A stretch of DNA of 64,000 bases. Origin: the human T2T-CHM13v2.0 reference genome, Homo sapiens. Both the position numbers and the translations under genes were made by a program. Below the pieces are notes generated by a model. The model had not been told where the DNA came from. It searched no databases and saw only the letters and a program-made list of their open reading frames with translations. Of this stretch, positions 1 through 11,300 are shown in pieces. The DNA is taken from assembly GCF_009914755.1 (NCBI RefSeq), contig NC_060939.1; one strand, given 5' to 3'. The first letter of the stretch is position 1; the number at the start of each line of letters is the position of its first letter.

Positions 1-779
1 TGCGATTCCATTCGAAATCGAATCAATTACATTGCAATCCATTACTATTGAGTCCGTTTTATTCCAGTCCACTGCATTCTGGTCCATTCCATTTGATTCC
101 ATTCCATTCTATTCCATTCCATACAGTTGCATTCCATTGGATTCCATGCTATATCTATAAATTCAATTCGAGACCATTGCTTTTGAGTCCATTCTATATG
201 ATTCCATTCCATTCAAGTCCATTACATTTGGTTAAATTCCATTCCATTCGGTTCAATTCCATTCCATTCCATTCCCTTCCATTCCATTCCAGTTGATATC
301 AATCCATTCGATTCCATTCCATTCGAGCACATTCCATTCGAGTCCATTCCATTCGATGCCATTCCATTTGATTCTATTCCATTAGTCTCCATTCAATTCC
401 ATTAATCTCCATTCCATTCCATTCTACTCCAACTGATTCCATTCCATTCTATTCATTTCCATTCCATTTCATTCCATTCCATTCCATTCCATTCCATTCC
501 ATTCCATTCGTGTCCATTCCACTCCAGTCCATTCCATTCGTATCCATTCCATTCCAGTCCATTCCATTTGTGTCCACTGCATTCCATTCCACTCCATTCC
601 ATATTATTCCATTACACTCCATTCCATTCTATTACTTTCATTTCCATTCAATTCCATTCCATTTGATTCCATTCCACTCGGTTTCATTCCATTTGAGTCC
701 ACTCCATTCCATTCCATTCCATTCAGTTCCATTCCATTCTGTTCCATTCCATTCCGTTCCATTACATTCCATTCCATTC

Positions 780-2582
780 GGTACCATTCCATATTGTTCC
801 ATTCGATTCCATTCGAATCCATTCCATTCCAGTCCATTCCATTCGATTCCATTCCATTCATTTCAATTCCATTCCATTCCATTCCATTCCATTCCACTTG
901 ATTCCTCTCCATTCCCTTCCACTGCATTCCGTTCGATTCCATTCCATTGCATTGCATTCCATTCCATTGGATTGCATTCCATTCGATTCCATTCCATTCG
1001 AATCAATTACATAGCAATCCATTACATTCGAGTCTATTCTATTCCGTTCCATTCGATTTCGTTCCAATCCATTCGATTCCATTCCATTCGATTCCATTCC
1101 ATACTATTGCATTCCATTCGATTACATTATATTCGAATAAGTTCCATTCAAGACCATTTCTTTTGAGTCCATTCTATTTGAGTCCATTCCCTTTGATTCC
1201 ATAACATTTGAGTCCATTCAATTCCATTCCTTTCGTTTCCATTCCATTTGATGCCATTCCATTCAATTCTGTTCTACTCGACTCCAATACATTCAATTCC
1301 ATTCCATCCGATTCCATTACATTCTTTTCATTTCTTATCCATTTCAAGCCATTCCACTCCATTCCATTCCACTCGTTTCCTTTCCATTCGAGTCCATTCC
1401 TCTCCAGTCCATTCCGTTCAATCCATTCCATTCCAGTCCATTCCATTCGAGTCCGTTCCATTCCAGTCCATTCCATTCGAGTCAATTCCATTCCATTCGA
1501 TGTCTTTCCATAACGATCCATTCCATTCTATTCCTTTCGATTCCATTCCATTCTATTTCATTCCATTCGATTCCCTTCCATTGGACTCCTTTCCATTCGA
1601 GTGCATTCCATTCCGTTCCATTTCTTTCCGTTCTGTACGATTCCTACCGTTCGATTTCATTTTGTTCCAGTCCATTCTTTCGCGTCCATTCCATTCCATT
1701 TCACTCCATTCGATTCCATTCCACTCGATTCCACTTCGTTCCATTTCATTGCATTCCATTCTATTCAACTCTATTGCCTTCCATTCCATTCCATTCGATT
1801 ACATTCCATGCGATTCCATTCGAAATCGAATCAATTACATTGCAATCCATTACTATTGAGTCCGTTTTATTCCAGTCCACTGCATTCTGGTCCATTCCAT
1901 TTGATTCCATTCCATTCTATTCCATTCCATACAGTTGCATTCCATTGGATTCCATGCTATATCTATAAATTCAATTCGAGACCATTGCTTTGGAGTCCAT
2001 TCTATATGATTCCATTCCATTCAAGTCCATTACATTTGGTTAAATTCCATTCCATTCGGTTCAATTCCATTCCATTCCATTCCCTTCCATTCCATTCCAG
2101 TTGATATCAATCCATTCGATTCCATTCCATTCGAGCACATTCCATTCGAGTCCATTCCATTCGATGCCATTCCATTTGATTCTATTCCATTAGTCTCCAT
2201 TCAATTCCATTAATCTCCATTCCATTCCATTCTACTCCAACTGATTCCATTCCATTCTATTCCTTTTTATTCCATTTCATTCCATTCCATTCCATTCCAT
2301 TCCATTCCATTCGTGTCCATTCCACTCCAGTCCATTCCATTCGTATCCATTCCATTCCAGTCCATTCCATTTGTGTCCACTGCATTCCATTCCACTCCAT
2401 TCCATATTATTCCATTACACTCCATTCCATTCTATTACTTTCATTTCCATTCAATTCCATTCCATTTGATTCCATTCCACTCGGTTTCATTCCATTTGAG
2501 TCCACTCCATTCCATTCCATTCCATTCAGTTCCATTCCATTCTGTTCCATTCCATTCCGTTCCATTACATTCCATTCCATTC
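780..2582. repeat. Representative 1.8 kb KpnI unit (1,803 bp); probably the D15Z1 family of chromosome 15p
   Basis: Seen: GGTACC at 780 and 2583, one per unit. GATATC (295), TTTCGCGTCC and AACGATCC also occur once per unit. The landmark GTGTCCATTCCACTCCAG (one copy with a single mismatch) recurs at 510, 2313, 4071, 5865, 7663, 9502, 11276, 13074, 14884, 16703, 18511, 20334, 22123, 24502, 26290, 28088, 29932, 31706, 33504, 35314, 37133, 38931, 40754, 42543, 44307, 46115, 47908, 49702, 51505, 53308, 55066, 56860, 58619, 60413 and 62221. Recalled knowledge: D15Z1 was defined as a 1.8 kb KpnI satellite III repeat. The unit itself is certain; the confidence given refers to the D15Z1 name. Confidence 0.75.
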
Positions 2583-5379
2583 GGTACCATTCCATATTGT
2601 TCCATTCGATTCCATTCGAATCCATTCCATTCCAGTCCATTCCATTCGATTCCATTCCATTCATTTCAATTCCATTCCATTCCATTCCATTCCATTCCAC
2701 TTGATTCCTCTCCATTCCCTTCCACTGCATTCCGTTCGATTCCATTCCATTGCATTGCATTCCATTCCATTGGATTGCATTCCATTCGATTCCATTCCAT
2801 TCGAATCAATTACATAGCAATCCATTACATTCGAGTCTATTCTATTCCGTTCCATTCGATTTCGTTCCAATCCATTCGATTCCATTCCATTCGATTCCAT
2901 TCCATACTATTGCATTCCATTCGATTACATTATATTCGAATAAGTTCCATTCAAGACCATTTCTTTTGAGTCCATTCTATTTGAGTCCATTCCCTTTGAT
3001 TCCATAACATTTGAGTCCATTCAATTCCATTCCTTTCGTTTCCATTCCATTTGATGCCATTCCATTCAATTCTGTTCTACTCGACTCCAATACATTCAAT
3101 TCCATTCCATCCGATTCCATTACATTCTTTTCATTTCTTATCCATTTCAAGCCATTCCACTCCATTCCATTCCACTCGTTTCCTTTCCATTCGAGTCCAT
3201 TCCTCTCCAGTCCATTCCGTTCAATCCATTCCATTCCAGTCCATTCCATTCGAGTCCGTTCCATTCCAGTCCATTCCATTCGAGTCAATTCCATTCTATT
3301 CGATGTCTTTCCATAACGATCCATTCCATTCTATTCCTTTCGATTCCATTCCATTCTATTTCATTCCATTCGATTCCCTTCCATTGGACTCCTTTCCATT
3401 CGAGTGCATTCCATTCCGTTCCATTTCTTTCCGTTCTGTACGATTCCTACCGTTCGATTTCATTTTGTTCCAGTCCATTCTTTCGCGTCCATTCCATTCC
3501 ATTTCACTCCATTCGATTCCATTCCACTCGATTCCACTTCGTTCCATTTCATTGCATTCCATTCTATTCAACTCTATTGCCTTCCATTCCATTCCATTCG
3601 ATTACATTCCATGCGATTCCATTCGAAATCGAATCAATTACATTGCAATCCATTACTATTGAGTCCGTTTTATTCCAGTCCACTGCATTCTGGTCCATTC
3701 CATTTGATTCCATTCCATTCTATTCCATTCCATACAGTTGCATTCCATTGGATTCCATGCTATATCTATAAATTCAATTCGAGACCATTGCTTTTGAGTC
3801 CATTCTATATGATTCCATTCCATTCAAGTCCATTACATTTGGTTCAATTCCATTCCATTCCATTCCCTTTCATTCCATTCCATTTGATATCAATCCATTC
3901 GATTCCATTCCATTCGAGCACATTCCATTTGATTCTATTCCATTAGTCTCCATTCATTTCCATTAATCTCCATTCCATTCCATTCTACTCCAACTGATTC
4001 CATTCCATTCTATTCCTTTCCATTCCATTTCATTCCATTCCATTCCATTTCATTCCATTCCATTCCATTCGTGTCCATTCCACTCCAGTCCATTCCATTC
4101 GTGTCCATTCCATTCCAGTCCATTCCATTTGTGTCCACTGCATTCCATTCCACTCCATTCCATATTATTCCATTACACTCCATTCCATTCTATTACTTTC
4201 ATTTCCATTCAATTCCATTCCATTTGATTCCATTCCACTCGGTTTCATTCCATTTGAGTCCACTCCATTCCATTCCATTCCATTCCATTCAGTTCCATTC
4301 CATTCTGTTCCATTCCATTCCGTTCCATTACATTCCATTCCATTCGGTACCATTCCATATTGTTCCATTCGATTCCATTCGAATCCATTCCATTCCAGTC
4401 CATTCCATTCAATTCCATTCCATTCATTTCAATTCCATTCCATTCCATTCCATTACATTCCACTTGATTCCTGTCCGTTCCCTTCCACTGCATTCCATTC
4501 GATTCCATTCCATTGCATTGCATTCCATTCCATTGGATTGCATTCCATTCGATTCCATTCCATTCGAATCAATTACATAGCAATCCATTACATTCGAGTC
4601 TATTCTATTCCGTTCCATTCGATTTCGTTCCAATCCATTCGATTCCATTCCATTCGATTCCATTCAATACTATTGCATTCCATTCGATTACATTATATTC
4701 GAATAAGTTCCATTCAAGACCATTTCTTTTGAGTCCATTCTATTTGAGTCCATTCCCTTTGATTCCATAACATTTGAGTCCATTCAATTCCATTCCTTTC
4801 GTTTCCATTCCATTTGATGCCATTCCATTTAATTCTGTTCTACTCGACTCCAATACATTCAATTCCATTCCATCCGATTCCATTACATTCTTTTCATTTC
4901 TTATCCATTTCAAGCCATTCCACTCCATTCCATTCCACTCGTTTCCTTTCCATTCGAGTCCATTCCTCTCCAGTCCATTCCGTTCAATCCATTCCATTCC
5001 AGTCCATTTCATTCGAGTCCGTTCCATTCCAGTCCATTCCATTCGAGTCAATTCCATCCCATTCGATGTCTTTCCATAACGATCCATTCCATTCTATTCC
5101 TTTCGATTCCATTCCATTCTATTTCATTCCATTCGATTTCCTTCCATTGGACTCCTTTCCATTCGAGTGCATTCCATTCCGTTCCATTTCTTTCCGTTCT
5201 GTACGATTCCTACCGTTCGATTTCATTTTGTTCCAGTCCATTCCTTTCGCGTCCATTCCATTCCATTTCACTCCATTCGATTCCATTCCACTCGATTCCA
5301 CTTCGTTCCATTTCATTGCATTCCATTCTATTCAACTCTATTGCCTTCCATTCCATTCCATTCGATTACATTCCATGAG

Positions 5380-8300
5380 ATTCCATTCGAAATCGAATCA
5401 ATTACATTGCAATCCATTACTATTGAGTCCATTTTATTCCAGTCCACTGCATTCTGGTCCATTCCATTTGATTCCATTCCATTCTATTCCATTCCATACA
5501 GTTGCATTCCATTGGATTCCATTCTATATCTATAAATTCAATTCGAGACCATTGCTTTTGAGTCCATTCTATATGATTCCATTCCATTCAAGTCCATTAC
5601 ATTTGGTTCAATTCCATTCCATTCCATTCCCTTCCATTCCATTCCAGTTGATATCAATCCATTCGATTCCATTCCATTCGAGCACATTCCATTCGAGTCC
5701 ATTCCATTCGATGCCATTCCATTTGATTCTATTCCATTAGTCTCCATTCAATTCCATTAATCTCCATTCCATTCCATTCTACTCCAACTGATTCCATTCC
5801 ATTCTATTCCTTTCCATTCCATTTCATTCCATTCCATTCCATTTCATTCCATTCCATTCCATTCGTGTCCATTCCACTCCAGTCCATTCCATTCGTGTCC
5901 ATTCCATTCCAGTCCATTCCATTTGTGTCCACTGCATTCCATTCCACTCCATTCCATATTATTCCATTACACTCCATTCCATTCTATTACTTTCATTTCC
6001 ATTCAATTCCATTCCATTTGATTCCATTCCACTCGGTTTCATTCCATTTGAGTCCACTCCATTCCATTCCATTCCATTCAGTTCCATTCCATTCTGTTCC
6101 ATTCCATTCCGTTCCATTACATTCCATTCCATTCGGTACCATTCCATATTGTTCCATTCGATTCCATTCGAATCCATTCCATTCCAGTCCATTCCATTCG
6201 ATTCCATTCCATTCATTTCAATTCCATTCCATTCCATTCCATTACATTCCACTTGATTCCTCTCCATTCCCTTCCAGTGCATTCCGTTCGATTCCATTCC
6301 ATTGCATTGCATTCCATTCCATTGGATTGCATTCCATTCGATTCCATTCCATTCGAATCAATTACATAGCAATCCATTACATTCGAGTCTATTCTCTTCC
6401 GTTCCATTCGATTTCGTTCCAATCCATTCGATTCCATTCCATTCGATTCCATTCCATACTATTGCATTCCATTCGATTACATTATATTCGAATAAGTTCC
6501 ATTCAAGACCATTTCTTTTGAGTCCATTCTATTTGAGTCCATTCCCTTTGATTCCATAACATTTGAGTCCATTCAATTCCATTCCTTTCGTTTCCATTCC
6601 ATTTGATGCCATTCCATTCAATTCTGTTCTACTCGACTCCAATACATTCAATTCCATTCCATCCGATTCCATTACATTCTTTTCATTTCTTATCCATTTC
6701 AAGCCATTCCACTCCATTCCATTCCACTCGTTTCCTTTCCATTCGAGTCCATTCCTCTCCAGTCCATTCCGTTCAATCCATTCCATTCCAGTCCATTCCA
6801 TTCGAGTCCGTTCCATTCCAGTCCATTCCATTCGAGTCAATTCCATCCCATTCGATGTCTTTCCATAACGATCCATTCCATTCTATTCCTTTCGATTCCA
6901 TTCCATTCTATTTCATTCCATTCGATTCCCTTCCATTGGACTCCTTTCCATTCGAGTGCATTCCATTCCGTTCCATTTCTTTCCGTTCTGTACGATTCCT
7001 ACCGTTCGATTTCATTTTGTTCCAGTCCATTCTTTCGCGTCCATTCCATTCCATTTCACTCCATTCGATTCCATTCCACTCGATTCCACTTCGTTCCATT
7101 TCATTGCATTCCATTCTATTCAACTCTATTGCCTTCCATTCCATTCCATTCCATGCGATTCCATTCGAAATCGAATCAATTACATTGCAATCCATTACTA
7201 TTGAGTCCGTTTTATTCCAGTCCACTGCATTCTGGTCCATTCCATTTGATTCCATTCCATTCTATTCCATTCCATACAGTTGCATTCCATTGGATTCCAT
7301 GCTATATCTATAAATTCAATTCGAGACCATTGCTTTTGAGTCCATTCTATATGATTCCATTCCATTCAAGTCCATTACATTTGGTTAAATTCCATTCCAT
7401 TCGGTTCAATTCCATTCCATTCCATTCCCTTCCATTCCATTCCAGTTGATATCAATCCATTCGATTCCATTCCATTCGAGCACATTCCATTCGAGTCCAT
7501 TCCATTCGATGCCATTCCATTTGATTCTATTCCATTAGTCTCCATTCAATTCCATTAATCTCCATTCCATTCCATTCTACTCCAACTGATTCCATTCCAT
7601 TCTATTCCTTTCCATTCCATTTCATTCCATTCCATTCCATTCCATTCCATTCCATTCCATTCGTGTCCATTCCACTCCAGTCCATTCCATTCGTATCCAT
7701 TCCATTCCAGTCCATTCCATTTGTGTCCACTGCATTCCATTCCACTCCATTCCATATTATTCCATTACACTCCATTCCATTCTATTACTTTCATTTCCAT
7801 TCAATTCCATTCCATTTCATTCCATTCCACTCGGTTTCATTCCATTTGAGTCCACTCCATTCCATTCCATTCCATTCAGTTCCATTCCATTCTGTTCCAT
7901 TCCATTCCGTTCCATTACATTCCATTCCATTCGGTACCATTCCATATTGTTCCATTCGATTCCATTCGAATCCATTCCATTCCAGTCCATTCCATTCGAT
8001 TCCATTCCATTCATTTCAATTCCATTCCATTCCATTCCATTACATTCCACTTGATTCCTCTCCATTCCCTTCCACTGCATTCCGTTCGATTCCATTCCAT
8101 TGCATTGCATTCCATTCCATTGGATTGCATTCCATTGGATTGCATTCCATTCGATTCCATTCCATTCGAATCAATTACGTAGCAATCCATTACATTCGAG
8201 TCTATTCTCTTCCGTTCCATTCGATTTCGTTCCAATCCATTCGATTCCATTCCATTCGATTCCATTCCATACTATTGCATTCCATTCGATTACCTTATAT

Positions 8301-11300
8301 TCGAATAAGTTCCATTCAAGACCATTTCTTTTGAGTCCATTCTATTTGAGTCCATTCCCTTTGATTCCATAACATTTGAGTCCATTCAATTCCATTCCTT
8401 TCGTTTCCATTCCATTTGATGCCATTCCATTCAATTCTGTTCTACTCGACTCCAATACATTCAATTCCATTCCATCCGATTCCATTACATTCTTTTCATT
8501 TCTTATCCATTTCAAGCCATTCCACTCCATTCCATTCCACTCGTTTCCTTTCCATTCGAGTCCATTCCTCTCCAGTCCATTCCGTTCAATCCATTCCATT
8601 CCAGTCCATTCCATTCGAGTCCGTTCCATTCCAGTCCATTCCATTCGAGTCAATTCCATTCCATTCGATGTCTTTCCATAACGATCCATTCCATTCTATT
8701 CCTTTCGATTCCATTCCATTCTATTTCATTCCATTCGATTCCCTTCCATTGGACTCCTTTCCATTCGAGTGCATTCCATTCCGTTCCATTTCTTTCCGTT
8801 CTGTACGATTCCTACCGTTCGATTTCATTTTGTTCCAGTCCATTCCTTTCGCGTCCATTCCATTCCATTTCACTCCATTCGATTCCATTCCACTCGATTC
8901 CACTTCGTTCCATTTCATTGCATTCCATTCTATTCAACTCTATTGCCTTCCATTCCATTCCATTCGATTACATTCCATGCGATTCCATTCGAAATCGAAT
9001 CAATTACATTGCAATCCATTACTATTGAGTCCGTTTTATTCCAGTCCACTGCATTCTGGTCCATTCCATTTGATTCCATTCCATTCTATTCCATTCCATA
9101 CAGTTGCATTCCATTGGATTCCATGCTATATCTATAAATTCAATTCGAGACCATTGCTTTTGAGTCCATTCTATATGATTCCATTCCATTCAAGTCCATT
9201 ACATTTGGTTAAATTCCATTCCATTCGGTTCAATTCCATTCCATTCCATTCCCTTCCATTCCATTCCAGTTGATATCAATCCATTCGATTCCATTCCATT
9301 CGAGCACATTCCATTCGAGTCCATTCCATTCGATGCCATTCCATTTGATTCTATTCCATTAGTCTCCATTCAATTCCATTAATCTCCATTCCATTCCATT
9401 CTACTCCAACTGATTCCATTCCATTCTATTCCATTCCATTCCATTTCATTCCATTCAATTCCATTCCATTCCATTCCATTCCATTCCATTCCATTCCATT
9501 CGTGTCCATTCCACTCCAGTCCATTCCAATCGTATCCATTCCATTCCAGTCCATTCCATTTGTGTCCACTGCATTCCATTCCACTCCATTCCATATTATT
9601 CCATTACACTCCATTCCATTCTATTACTTTCATTTCCATTCAATTCCATTCCATTTGATTCCATTCAACTCGGTTTCATTCCATTTGAGTCCACTCCATT
9701 CCATTCCATTCCATTCAGTTCCATTCCATTCTGTTCCATTCCATTCCGTTCCATTACATTCCATTCCATTCGGTACCATTCCATATTGTTCCATTCGATT
9801 CCATTCGAATCCATTCCATTCCAGTCCATTCCATTCGATTCCATTCCATTCATTTCAATTCCATTCCATTCCATTCCATTACATTCCACTTGATTCCTCT
9901 CCATTCCCTTCCAGTGCATTCCGTTCGATTCCATTCCATTGCATTGCATTCCATTCCATTGGATTGCATTCCATTCGATTCCATTCCATTCGAATCAATT
10001 ACATAGCAATCCATTACATTCGAGTCTATTCTCTTCCGTTCCATTCGATTTCGTTCCAATCCATTCGATTCCATTCCATTCGATTCCATTCCATACTATT
10101 GCATTCCATTCGATTACATTATATTCGAATAAGTTCCATTCAAGACCATTTCTTTTGAGTCCATTCTATTTGAGTCCATTCCCTTTGATTCCATAACATT
10201 TGAGTCCATTCAATTCCATTCCTTTCGTTTCCATTCCATTTGATGCCATTCCATTCAATTCTGTTCTACTCGACTCCAATACATTCAATTCCATTCCATC
10301 CGATTCCATTACATTCTTTTCATTTCTTATCCATTTCAAGCCATTCCACTCCATTCCATTCCACTCGTTTCCTTTCCATTCGAGTCCATTCCTCTCCAGT
10401 CCATTCCGTTCAATCCATTCCATTCCAGTCCATTCCATTCGAGTCCGTTCCATTCCAGTCCATTCCATTCGAGTCAATTCCATTCCATTCGATGTCTTTC
10501 CATAACGATCCATTCCATTCTATTCCTTTCGATTCCATTCCATTCTATTTCATTCCATTCGATTCCCTTCCATTGGACTCCTTTCCATTCGAGTGCATTC
10601 CATTCCGTTCCATTTCTTTCCGTTCTGTACGATTCCTACCGTTCGATTTCATTTTGTTCCAGTCCATTCCTTTCGCGTCCATTCCATTCCATTTCACTCC
10701 ATTCGATTCCATTCCCCTCGATTCCACTTCGTTCCATTTCATTGCATTCCATTCTATTCAACTCTATTGCCTTCCATTCCATTCCATTCGATTACATTCC
10801 ATGCGATTCCATTCGAAATCGAATCAATTACATTGCAATCCATTACTATTGAGTCCGTTTTATTCCAGTCCACTGCATTCTGGTCCATTCCATTTGATTC
10901 CATTCCATTCTATTCCATTCCATACAGTTGCATTCCATTGGATTCCATGCTATATCTATAAATTCAATTCGAGACCATTGCTTTTGAGTCCATTCTATAT
11001 GATTCCATTCCATTCAAGTCCATTACATTTGGTTCAATTCCATTCCATTCCATTCCCTTCCATTCCATTCCATTTGATATCAATCCATTCGATTCCATTC
11101 CATTCGAGCACATTCCATTCGAGTCCATTCCATTCGATGCCATTCCATTTGATTCTATTCCATTAGTCTCCATTCAATTCCATTAATCTCCATTCCATTC
11201 CATTCTACTCCAACTGATTCCATTCCATTCTATTCCTTTCCATTCCATTTCATTCCATTCCATTCCATTCCATTCGTGTCCATTCCACTCCAGTCCATTC

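Noticed and set aside
136-162. CCAAT (reverse, ATTGG) plus TATA as a complete Pol II promoter
   Set aside because: ATTGG is a simple pentamer variant and lies only ~16 bp from the TATA-like word. There is no independent support, so it was not annotated as a promoter.
1130-1146. Heat-shock element at TATTCGAATAAGTTCC and other TTCGAA sites
   Set aside because: The spacing does not fit the canonical inverted nTTCnnGAAnnTTCn arrangement, so it cannot be called an HSE from sequence.
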